From: Lama glama
Lineage: Eukaryota
Direction: 5' to 3'
DNA length: 64,000 bases
Assembly (NCBI GenBank): GCA_028534125.1
Contig: CM052816.1
Coordinates: 60,886,001-60,950,000, forward strand
The notes under the pieces are model-generated. The model was not told the DNA's origin. It searched no databases and was given only the letters and a program-made list of their open reading frames with translations. Positions 51,721 through 63,226 of the stretch are shown here, one piece after another. Each line of letters begins with the position of its first letter. The stretch's first letter is position 1. The translations under genes were made by a program, and so were the position numbers.

Positions 51721-52939
51721 AGATCCTTTAAGAACCAAGTCCCACCTTCTCCTTGGAACTTTCTGCAAACTAAGTCAGTCCTCTTGGATTTTAAAATCCT
51801 TGCCCCTGTGAGCTCCCTGTCCTGACCTGGGGCACAGCCCCGCTCACCCAGTCACTCCTGGAGTCCACCCATTCCTGGTGTCTAGGAAAACTTGGATGCT
51901 TTCCTAATGAGGAACATTCCTTCACCTTCGGTCCATGACAGAAACGAGGTGGAGAAAATTTTTATTCTGTTATTAAGTGAAAAAAGCAAAGTTCAGAGCC
52001 CTGTGTATGGTAAGCAACTAATTGTATAAAAAGGGGAGAAGATGTGAATTAATTTGCTTGCATATAAATATCTCCCAAAAGATGCATAAGAAACTAATTA
52101 CACTGTTTGCCTCTGAGATGCTTTTGTCACCTTTGGATTTTGAAACATGTGAATGTATTACCTACATTCAAAGTGAAGTGATGAAAACACACTTTAAAAT
52201 ACACATTTTTTCAAATAACATTTTTAAAATGTTTTTATTCTCTAGAGCTTCAAGGATGACTAGATAGAGTAGTAGTAAACAGATAATACATAATTTCTAA
52301 AATGAAATCTAGCTCTGAAGTTTGTGGATTTTATGATTAGTAATTAGAGAGAGTGAAGTTAGGCATAATATAGGGTTTGGAGGACCTGCAGATGATTTCT
52401 AAGGTAGATTTTAGTCCTTGAGGTAAAATACTCTAACCAAAACTCTAACACTTCATCTGAACCAATGTTACCCCAACCTTTGGAGCAAAAAATGAGACAT
52501 ATTTCATTCAGCAAGCAATTAAATTGCTCATTAAACTTTTGCCACCTGGCCTGGAAGAACAGAAAATCTTATTAGAGTGATGTTAGAAGATGCACTCATT
52601 ATTTGTTTTCCTAGATAAACTACTTTTTAAAGTCATGTACTGATAATGAAGTTACATCAGCCTTTTTAGGATATCTTTGAACACAAATTGCATTACCTCG
52701 GATGTCTCAGTTGGTTCATCAAGAGTAATGGAGTTATTACTGCCAGAAGCCATGATTCCATGGAAATGAAAATTGTATTTTTTCAAGTACTATAAATGAT
52801 GATGCTTGGAAGTCCTGTAATTATTGAATAAGAAGTTCTCCTTTTATCCGAACTTTTGCATTTTGAGAAAAAAAAAACCTATCCAATTTTTAATTTATAA
52901 AAATGGTAGTTAAATACTGAAAGGAAATTGCTTATGGTC

Positions 52940-53122
52940 AGGCAGTAGGTTGTGGAAAGAACACAGCCTGGAATCCCAGTATTCAGGCCCTGTCCAGACG
53001 CTGCTACTTAGGAGCGGTGAGACCTGGGGCTGCTTTCTTCCTCTTTGAACTCTCAGGTTCCTCGTCTGTTAAAGAGCTAAAAGGGAGAACTCGATCATTT
53101 CCAAAATCCTTCCAAGCTCTAA
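52940..53122 (+). mobile_element. MIR SINE
   Basis: GTGGAAAGAACACAGCCTGGAATC...GGTGAGACCTGGGGC...TTCCTCGTCTGTTAAA. Confidence 0.7.
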
Positions 53123-54424
53123 AAAGGACATTTTATTCCTTATTCTGTGGGCATTTTATTCTTACTCCTCTGCAGTAGGTTTATATTGGGTCAGGATTTC
53201 ATGGTTAGGCTTTCATCCTTTTATAAGCCAGAAACATCTCACCGATCTCTCAGTCCCTCCACCTACGAAACAGGCCAACCAGAGGCCGCGGCTGGAGGGA
53301 AGATTGTTGAAGCAGCCTCCTGCCACTGGCGGCCCACAAACAACCGTGTAGTCAATTTATTGCATAAAGATGCCCAGTCAAGGAGACAAGGGAGCCTGAA
53401 CTCCGAACTGAGATCCATTTGCCAAGCCAAACATCCATGAGGTTGCATCACCCGGAGGCAGCACCTTCTCCTAACTCCCACAAAAGCACCAAAGAGGCTC
53501 AGAGCTGCCCCACTCCCACCTCCCTGGATTTCATACTTTGAGAGGCTGTCAAATGCCTCTCCTATTTCAGAGAAAACAGTTAAAGAATAGACTTATGTTT
53601 TATTATTAATTTCTTATCATTTATCATCATTGTTCTTAAGAACTGATGAAGAGCCTACATGCCTGTGGACCCAGGGAGCATAGAGACTGGCTAAATAATT
53701 TCAAAATTCTAATTGTCCTTACATCACCCTACTCTACACATGACAACAGTCTAACTTGCTCGCTGTGGTTTAATTAAATGGTTTAGTTTAAATTGTTAGT
53801 TCTGTGATTTGTTCTATAATCACACTATCCTGATTAGGGTGTTTCTTAGTTTAACCTCCATTCAAATTTCTGGTGTTAGCTTGCTCTCGTACCATGTAAT
53901 TAGTAGAAGCTAGAAGTCAGAACAAAAATGATAAGGGAATGCAACATAGATTCAGCTGGTGTGGTACTATAAAGTGAGACCTCTTCCAGGCAGGTGTGCA
54001 ACCTGTTGGATAGACAGCCCCCACCTCAATCTGCTCCTGAGTCACCTGGACCAGGCTGCCTGACCCTGGAGGCAGAGGTAGATCCATTGGGTCCAAGCTT
54101 CTGGCTTGAATGCCTTTCCTGAATTTTTAAGCAAATGAATTTTTATGATCAAGAAATCAGTCCTATAAACACTACCTCCTTCAGTAGTTGTCACTGTTTG
54201 CACTGCACTTAAGAAATAGTCTCATCAGGCTAGACTGAAGCCTCTGTCTTGCCAGATCTTGTCCTTCCTGTTTTCTTAAAAAAGATGGATTAAATTCAAG
54301 ACCCATCACTTGCACCAGTCATTTCCAAGACTCTGGTCAAGTTTTTTTTTTTTTTTTGGTAGAGTAATATACATTATCAGCAAAAAGTATGCAGCCCAAA
54401 AAGTAGGTTAAAAAATATTACAGC

Positions 54425-55862
54425 AGATGTCAACTTTTGCCTATGATGGGATCACAGAAACATGTTTATCATCTCACTTGAAACAACGAAACACTGGAAA
54501 AAATAAACATTTATAACAATGGTTTCAGATATTGGACATCAGACAGTGCAGGCCAGTGATCGCTGACCAACAAATGAGGTGAGCCCTGTGATTGCCCCCA
54601 GCTTACAGCCTGGGAAAAGTGTAATAGGCTGAAGCAGAAGGGGAAACCAAGGCAGAACCCAGTGGTCTGAGTTGAGATGATGTTGGCAGTCCTCTGAGGG
54701 CAAGGCAGCCACAGACCACAGAGCAGAGTGTGGATGAAAATGCTGCCCAGAGGAAAAGCTCAGGATTTGCACACTGGGATGTTTGTGTCTTCACTAATGA
54801 TCAGCATATGCATGTAAAGAAACTACCCTGAGGCTCAGGAAATAACATCAGAAAGGATCAAAGGGAAGAATCTCCAAAGTTTAAAGAGGCTGGAAATTGT
54901 GTTCCCATGGGCCAGGGTGGGGTTGTAGGGGAGCATAATTCATAGAGCATCAAGTACCCAGAAGAGTATCACTTCAGTAGTACGGTAACCTTAGCCCTAG
55001 ATAAATGGCTCATCTGGTCCTCCTTAACAGTTCCCAAGTAACTTAAATGCATCTCAGAATAAAGCTCAAGAATATGAACAGGATACAAAAAAGAAAAGAT
55101 GGTCTCATACAAAATAGATAAATAAGGTCCTACTGTATTGCACAGGGAACTATATCCAATGGCTTGTAATAACCTATAATGAAAAAGACTATGAAAAAGT
55201 ATATATATAAAATTGAATCACTACGTTGTACACTAGAAACTAATACAACATTGTAAATCTGCTAGACTTCAATAAAATAATACTTTTTAAAAGACAGGGG
55301 AAAATGTCTCGTCAGCTTACACTTTAAACCAGAAAAAAAAAAAAAACTAAACCCAAAATAGGCAGAAGAAAGAAATGAGTAGAAATCAGTGAAATAAAAA
55401 GCAGAAAAAGAGAGAAAATCTGATGAAAACAAAATCTGATTATTGGAGAAAATGAAATTGATAAACCTCCAGCTAATCTCATCAGGATAAAAAAAGAAAG
55501 ATGTAAATTAACAATATTAGAAATGAGAGAGGCTATCACTAAAGACCTTACATATATTAAGAGATAGTAAAGGAATGTCATAAACAACTTAGGTTCCCAA
55601 ACGGAGACGAGAAAGGACCTGAGAAAATACTTGAAGAGATAATAGCTGAAACTTCCCTAACTTGGGAACGCAAACAGTCACTCAAGTCCAAGAAGCCCAG
55701 AGTCCCACACAGGATTAACCCAAAGAGGAATACTCCGGGGCACATAGTTATCAAACTGACAAAAATTAAAGATACGGAGAAAATATTAAAATCAGCAAGA
55801 GAAAAGCAACAAACACCACACAGGGCAACTCCCGTAAGGTTATCAGCTGACTTTTCAGCAGT
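54425..55862 (+). mobile_element. Cluster of L1 fragments: L1M 5' end, short young L1 3' end (~55085-55290), ORF2 piece, ORF1 piece (~55590-55862)
   Basis: ORF1 text PEKILEEIIAE...RINPKRNTPGHIVIKLTKIKDTEKILKSAREKQ...VRLSADFSA; 3' end ATAAGGTCCTACTGTATTGCACAGGGAACTATATCCAA. Confidence 0.8.
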
Positions 55863-57163
55863 TAAAATATTGCAGAGTAAATGCAGGATTGGGAGGACTC
55901 AGCAGATAGGATTGAGGGTAGGGTCAAGACAGAAATTAACAGTGGCAATGCAAAACTGGGAAGATGTCAGTTTTGGTGAAAAATAGTAAACAGCAGAGGC
56001 ACAGATTTGGTGTTGGAAATTGACTGAATATTTTGTTTGAAACAGGACAAATTTACAATGCTTGTAAGATACCCAGTATTTAATAGCTAATAATCAAGAG
56101 TTCTTTGTGTTAAGTGCTACACTAACCAGGTGGTTGGAAATTGGAGGCTGCAGCTCAGTAAAAGGAAATACAGTACTAGAGGTCATGTTTATACAGAACT
56201 GATTGCTTACCACCTCTGATTATCACACTGTGGCTATTACTACATTAAATAGAGTAGCATACTTTTTAAGAGACTTTCTTCTATTCAGTGAATCTTAGGG
56301 TGTTCTTCTCAAGGCAAGAAAATAATCATTATAAAAAACTAAAGGTACTGTAAATATACTCCTTAAGTATTTTTTAGAAAACGCTCATAATAAAGATAAT
56401 GCAACATGAGTCATTTTGTCTGGAAGTCTACCGTCAAATGTGCCTGCTATTCCAACCTGGCATTCCTCTAAGAAGTCCTGTGGTGCCCACACTCGGACAA
56501 GTCCAAACTCACTGGCAAGGGCCTCTCCTCCCTCACTCCCAACCCATCCTCACACACGCAGTTCATCACCTTTAGAAACCAAAATGGCTCAAGGCCTTTA
56601 ACCACAGAAGGCAGCTGAAACAGCTGGTCTCCGGAGAAGTCAGTATGCATAGCCTCACCATCTCTGGACCAGCTAAACCATCAAGTCCCAGGATTCTAAA
56701 TTTACGTATCTGATAGCCAATTACTTTTTTTAAAGAGACACTTCTAATAGACTGTCTCATTTAAGTGGCTACCTCCAGTACACAGTTTATTCACCAAATG
56801 ACAAGCTGTACTTTGAATAAATGGGAGAAGGCATTCCACTTGATGATAAAAGACAAGCAGTGACAATTTTCATTGTGCAAATACCATAGTAAGGAGATGA
56901 CTCTGAAAACAAGAGAGATTCAAAATGCTATCACTTACAAGAACACTACAAAATATTGAAGGTGCAAAGCCTTGGCAAGAGTTCACTGCCACACAACTTG
57001 ATTGCCCAATGTTCAAAAATCTTTCTTTTGGTAGTAATTTTGAGCACTGGAAGAGTCTGTTACCAATTACTTAGTTATAAAAATAAGCTGTAAATATGCA
57101 AATAAATGTCTCAGAAAATAGGTGAAATTATTACTCAACAGTGGCAAGATTTTAAATTTTCAT

Positions 57164-57169
57164 TTTATT
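57164..57169 (-). terminator. Candidate distal polyadenylation signal of SREK1
   Basis: AATAAA on the minus strand near the end of the AT-rich UTR-like tract, with U-rich flanks. Confidence 0.55.
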
Positions 57170-57590
57170 AAAAATATAGCAACACAGGAGCAGCAGCATC
57201 TGATAAATCTTTACTAGTACCATATGGAAGTAGTCCTACTCACATATAAATAATACACACCACCTAAGCAGCACTTAATGTTTACATAACTCTTCCCTTG
57301 ATAATTCATAGCAATATGTAAAGAAGAGCCTTACCGTATTAATCCTATTAAGATAGAGAGTAATAATTACCTATTCAACGGAACTACCTATACAACTACA
57401 CAGTATACTCAAAGGTAACCTACTGTGGAAGTCAGGGAGATCTGTACAAAGTTCCCCAACAGAGTGCTGCCCACCAGTAACCCTGGAGCTGGTAGAACTC
57501 AACTCGAATTCTTTCAGCACAATTTTCATGAATTTGAACTTACCTATATAGTTAAGAAATTAGCTATCTAGCAAATAAAAGTTAATCAGT

Positions 57591-57755
57591 GGGGGAGGGT
57601 ATAGCTCAGTGCTAAGAGTGCATACCTAGCATGCATGAAGTCCTGGGTTCAAGCCCCAGTACCTCCACCTAAAAATAAATAAATCAACCTAACCATATCC
57701 CCCCAAAATAAATAAATTAAATTGTACAAAAATAAATGTTCTAAAACAAAACATT
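57591..57755 (+). mobile_element. tRNA-Ala-derived camelid SINE within the inferred SREK1 3' UTR (antisense to the mRNA)
   Basis: GGGGGAGGGTATAGCTCAGTGCTAAGAGTGCATACCTAGCATGCATGAAGTCCTGGGTTCAAGCCCCAGTACCTCCA followed by an A-rich tail. Confidence 0.9.
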
Positions 57756-59347
57756 TTAAGTTAAGAATGGAGGGAACTATTACTCCATTCCAATCCTGGA
57801 AAAATAAATCTTACTGGTAAAATCTGTGAAGTGTCAGAAAAGCTGGCAATTTTCAAAATTAAAATGTAGCTAAGTACAAAGTAAATTTAAAAATCAGGCA
57901 ACAGACAAAAAAAATCTGCTTTTAAGAACAATATACTAAGAAATGTGGTATTTTATATAAACAATTGTAACAAATTAATTGCTATAAACTCAAAGCACCT
58001 TAAAATGTAATAGAAAGAAACCTAGTTATTTTACTAAAGCCAACCTAACTGAATATGGACCAAAAATCATTAAGAGCTTTAACTTTTACTTTTAAAATAA
58101 TGTACCAATCTTTGGCAGAATCATCAATAAAAGTGTATTTAAGAAAAACAAATTCACCCACAAACCCCAGATTAAGTAGGGAAGTCAATTTTATTTTAAA
58201 AGATTATTTTATTACATTTATACTCGACCCCTGCTTCCAGAAATATAACCTAGCCCTTTTAAGAGCACTAACTTTTGCAATTTAAAGATAAACAATTTAA
58301 TTTTAAATGACTACATTAGTAAATGAACATGAGACAATACTAAGTATATGGGTAGTGAAATTTTTTAAAATATATATTTAAACACATAAGGAACATAGTA
58401 ACTTTGTGGAAATGGCTCTACTTCACAACTCACCCAGTTAAAACCAGATACTATCTTTCACTGAAAATATAAGAAATGTCTCATTGAAATTGTTACTCAA
58501 TGCATTCCTCCAAAAGGATTCATTTTAACTGCTAATTCAACTACTTAAGAAAGATTTAAATCAAATCATATTATTTCTAATAGATTTTTTAAAAAACTTT
58601 TAAAAGTCTATTACTATATATTATAATCCTTAAATCTGAGTATCTTTAGATAAGAGCAGATTTGGCTCAAGGTTCTGTTTTGTTTTGTTTTGTTTTGAAG
58701 TTTTAAAATAAAAATAGCAACATGTATGTAAGAATGAATGAGGGTCCAGAAAATGACTAATATAACGAAAGAAATTATTTTCTTGACAAAAAAATTGATT
58801 CTAAGTGCCAGTTTTTACTTTTAATTGAGCATGTCAAAAATTTAAGCCTTCAATACTTCTGAAGATCAACATAGCATTTACTGAACCTCTTAGAAAATAA
58901 GATTCTAAACAGAAAATCACAAGCTGACTAGTGTTTCTAACTATGTTAGATTTGATAAAAAATAATAACCAAGGACATAGTTGCAGAAGTTAAGGATTTC
59001 TACCTGTTTCCTCAAATGAAACTGGCTAACTTATGAAGGACCATCTTTTATTACTAGTTACATGTGAAAAGCAAGAACAACAGGAGCAACAGAATTTGGT
59101 TAGAATGGTGAAGAGCAATGACAATTTAAGGATCAGAATGTACTTGCTATATAATCATGTAAAGCTAACAAAGAGAATTTACAGAAGGTATCAAGCGTAA
59201 AATGGCTGTCTTCTTGGCCTTACCTCAAGTTTTCCTCATATCTACCTGGGATGAAAAAGATAGTTACACAGAAAATAAAAAAAAATCTTAAAAGAAAATA
59301 ATGAACAAATGAAAACTATCAGCTTATAAATGAACAAAAAGAAAATG

Positions 59348-59361
59348 TCTCTCTCCCTCTT

Positions 59362-59396
<35 letters not shown>

Positions 59397-59401
59397 TACA
59401 C
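59348..59401. repeat. (CT)n(CA)n compound microsatellite
   Basis: Directly visible. Confidence 0.95.
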
Positions 59402-59834
59402 CGCAACAGTTTTAACCCCTAGAAAACTTTGTTTCTCCCTAAGCCTGTTTGAGAAGATGATATCACTTTCTCCAGATCTCCTGTACTCCTACTCATGCCG
59501 AATTTTTACAAATCAGTGTCTTTCAAGATTAGTATGATTATTTTAAAGCTGAATAAATCATCATCAGCAAGAATAAATAATAAATAGCATCAGCAAGAAA
59601 AACAATCAGCTGCTGAAACCAAATTAAATACATTAATTACTGACATAAAAAACATTTAATGGAGTCCAGAGTACAAGAAAATACTTAAACTTGAAATGAC
59701 TGCTTTATAGAAGCCACACAAACATGCACTCTCCATGTCAAAACAGTTCCTAAGCCAACTAAAACAAGAACGTGATAAAACTAAGATGCTGTTTCAAAAT
59801 GCATAAACAAATACTTTCCTCTAAAATACTTAGC

Positions 59835-59840
59835 TTTATT
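59835..59840 (-). terminator. Candidate proximal polyadenylation signal of SREK1
   Basis: AATAAA on the minus strand followed about 25-35 nt later by GU/U-rich GTATTTGTTTATG. Confidence 0.45.
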
Positions 59841-61840
59841 AGAGAAACGGTACTAAAAATAACAGATTCAAACATTTGCTCTATTCTACTTACATATCAT
59901 AAATAAGACAGCTGTTGATGCAAGACACACATTCCTTCCTTCGCAATCTTTCCATATGCACCCAAGCATTCTTATAGCAGAATAAGCTGTTTACCAGCCA
60001 ACCGTATGTGGTTGAATGACTAAAATGACCACCTATACTTTACATAGTAAAGCATTTTCAAAAATTTTAATGTACACAGTGACAAAAAGAGAAAAAAAAC
60101 AGTAATTCTGAACACATGAAGAGTAATTAAGCAGCTTCATAATCAAACCAGGCTTTATCACTTACAATAAGGACAATTCTTTCCATTCTCCACCAAATAC
60201 CTTGTTTCAATAGTATTAACATTAAAAGAAAACTCAAGTTGAAACCAAGTAACTGATGTGTTACCCAGCTTTTTAAATAAGTAACTCTTCCCATGAGGTA
60301 AGGCAACTGAGTAATTTGATTGTATTAGATTACATTAAAACAATTATACTTGATTTTTTAATAACATGCTAATTAAAAGGTATAACTTTTTTGGAACTGT
60401 AACAATGAAGAGTTCAGAAACTACAAGCTGTGGTTTGGGGGAAATTTTAGCAATGTTGTCATTTTACTATTTGCATACTTTCTTCAAAAAGTGTGCCTAA
60501 CAATGTCGGATGACCTATATTTTAAACTCAAGTAAACACATCTTTACACATAAAACAAATCATCTTATATATTCACCTTTAAGTACAATTTCTGCACATC
60601 ATTTATGAGAAGATGATTGAGAGGTAATAATTAAGGCCATCCAATGTAGACAACCAAACGGTTTGCTTTAAGTAAAATAAGAACATGCTGCTTCATTTTT
60701 AATTATCACAGTATAAAACTGATGGTCCCAAAACGGCTTTGTTGTTTTAAGCTCTAATGTCATTCCTGAAAACAGGACTTCTCTCTCATATTATGTGAAC
60801 TAAAAGAAGCTCTTCTGACATACCACTTGCACACTTCTCTATGGGAGTGAATGGAATATCCATCTAAATTCCATATGAGTTGAGAATGACTAGCACATAT
60901 AAAATTCTAGAAAACAGTATATACCACATTGTAGAAGGCACTAAAGCTTCAGCTTGTGCTCCCATAGCCCATTTTGAAAACCCAGTCTTCTTTTTATAAA
61001 TGGCACCTTTGCCACCTACAGCTGACCAACACACACTGCAATATTGTTCATAAGCTTGGAAATGTCAAGAAAGTTCAAAAAGAAATGCCTACTTTGTGGG
61101 GAGACCCAAAGATTCTAAACACTGAATACTAATGCATGATTAGTATTCAACACAGTTGCTCTTCCTTTTGAAAAAGAACAGTAGCATGCATTGTCAGTTG
61201 GTTTTTAATCCACTTATTTAAGCAATTTTAATCTGTAAAACTATTTTTAAAGAAAAACTGCTGTCCTAAACAGTGAGCAAAAGAAAACACAATAGTGAGA
61301 ATTTAACACAATCACTGTAAATCCTGTGAAGTAAATGTTAAAATTTCTTATACTCTGCACTTACAAGGGTGTGTATATATTTGCACCGATTTCAAGCACA
61401 TCATCAATCTGTATATACTGAAATTAAAAAAAAAAAAGTAAAACAATACAAAATTCAGTTACTACCATTTTTTAAAAGAGCCTCCAACACTTATCTCCAG
61501 TCTTTATGGACAGTACAAATTTGGATCTTTGACGTCCCATTTTCTTTGTAATGGTTCTTGGCAAACACTAACAAACCACATGACAAGTGTGTCAGCCACC
61601 ATGGAAATGCACAGATTTTAGAAGATGAGGAGTTTGGGTAACACCTGTTATTTTCACGGTGTCCATGCTTTATTTTCTTACTCAGTAACAAGATGGCCAC
61701 CAAGTCATCTAACAACTAGAAAAGCTGTTAGCTCGTATCTTTATGCTCTACTGGACTTCTTCACTGTCTAACATCTTGCTGAGAGAATTAAAAGCTTTGG
61801 ATTTTATTCCAGCGTGTGCTTCGAGGTGCATCTGTCGGTC

Positions 61841-61990
61841 CTATACTGCTTCTGTTTTGGTGGAGAGGTTTTCATCGTTGGGCTGACAATTTCCGTTCTG
61901 CTGTACTTTGTTTTCCTCAGTCCTTGGTGCGTCTTTGTCTTCTACCTCTTTGCCCATGCCTGAATCTGGTTCTTTATTGTGCTCCTTCTC
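61841..61990 (-). CDS. SREK1: SREK1 (splicing regulatory glutamic acid/lysine-rich protein 1), last coding exon
   Basis: Acceptor ttcattgtag|GAG; reads EKEHNKEPDSGMGKEVEDKDAPRTEENKVQQNGNCQPNDENLSTKTEAV*, which I recognise as the SREK1 C-terminus. Phase 0 matches the upstream exon. Confidence 0.95.
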   Translation of the reverse strand, partial: EKEHNKEPDSGMGKEVEDKDAPRTEENKVQQNGNCQPNDENLSTKTEAV

Positions 61991-63081
61991 CTACAATGAA
62001 TGTTAAGGTACACATTCAACATTGTTCCCAAGAGTGGCCTGCTATTGCATCTAGTTATGGCTAAAACATCTAATTTTATCTTCTGGGAACTAGTCAAAGT
62101 GGATATTCTCTCTCATTATCTTTCACATAAACAGGACGTGCAAACACGTATCAATATGTCCTTTGTACATCTCATAAAAGATGGACAATCCATGAAGATT
62201 AAGTTAGAATAAAATAGGTAAACAGAAACTTTAGAGAAGAACTCAATAAATGTTGCTGATTGACTTGAGAAAGTGGAACATATCTGCTGAAAGTAAAATA
62301 GTTCCCACAGATGCTAGGATAGGTTTATAATCTGCGTACCAAAGAAACAAAAACAAGGGACTGTAAAAAAGGAAGTCACTATTCATCCTACCAAAGACTG
62401 CTCAAGACAATCCAAATTCAGCCCTCAACTTGAGGGAGAATTAAATGAGAACACTTGGGACAGTGCTTCGAATACAGTAAATGCTCAAGAGATATTATCA
62501 ATGTTACTGACAATGATGATAAATCTCTATCAGTGTGAGAATAAATAAAACTGTAAGATGAATGCTCCAGAACTCATAACTGATTTCCAAACACAAATAT
62601 ACTTACCAGTATACCACTATAAAAGGAAATTAACATAATTCACAAGTACTCAAAATATTTATCAAAATTTAAAAAAACCCTTACTTGGTGGAATTTGGCT
62701 TCTCATTAATTATTCTAATTCAACGAACCTAAACTTCAGTATATATTACAAAACCAATGATAACAGATCATCCGTCAAATCTGCTAAAACGAATATAGTG
62801 AGAAAAACTGCATCAAGCAGGAATCTTCCTGTAGACAGTTAAATGGTTATTGTGTGCCATTCTATGATTCTCTAAAATAAGGGATGCATTGTTTACATTT
62901 TAATTAGTTCTTATCTTCAAAAATTTAGATTAAAAAGCTACAAATTTAACAAACATTAAATAATCCCAAAAATGTGCAAGACACTGTTACTCTCAAGCAG
63001 CTTCTACCTAAAACCACCTCTATGCAATAAAGGACAATCTCAATTATTAACTATTCAAAGCCTCAACAATGACTTGCTTAC

Positions 63082-63226
63082 TTTAAGTGAAGTATTGTTC
63101 TTCTCCACCTTTTCCTTTCCATCTCTGTCATTAGAACTCTTTCTTGTAGAGGTTGAACGCTCTCTCTCTCTTCTTTCACTGATATGGTCCCTTTCTTTTT
63201 CTCTCTTTTTATCCTTCTTATTTCTG
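63082..63226 (-). CDS. SREK1: SREK1 penultimate coding exon
   Basis: Acceptor atcttacag|CAG, donor AAA|gtaagc; reads RNKKDKKREKERDHISERRERERSTSTRKSSNDRDGKEKVEKNNTSLK (phase 2-0). The rest of the gene lies beyond the window. Confidence 0.95.

Larger units (their letters stand above)
21200..52814 (-). pseudogene. Candidate multi-exon unitary pseudogene downstream of SREK1; product unknown, tentatively a tandem RlaP/PF10127-like nucleotidyltransferase-domain protein
   Basis: Chain of non-repeat blocks with pyrimidine tract + AG and GT donors: 52697-52814, 51588-51611, 51330-51377, 51121-51228, 50725-50927, 50433-50592, 50024-50239, 48379-48473, 48073-48222, 42431-42538, 42061-42265, 27936-28765, 26951-27289, ~21200-21671. 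Phases are mostly compatible; stops and frameshifts are present. Confidence 0.6.
57140..61840 (-). other. SREK1: SREK1 3' UTR (long form, ~4.7 kb)
   Basis: AT-rich, nearly transposon-free tract after the TAG at 61841-61843; minus-strand AATAAA at 57164-57169 and 59835-59840. The end position is inferred. Confidence 0.7.

Noticed and set aside
53243..53262. 20-nt exon-like unit (gtttcgtag|...|gtgaga) upstream of the candidate pseudogene
   Set aside because: Could be a 5' UTR exon but is too short to distinguish from chance, so it is not in the model.
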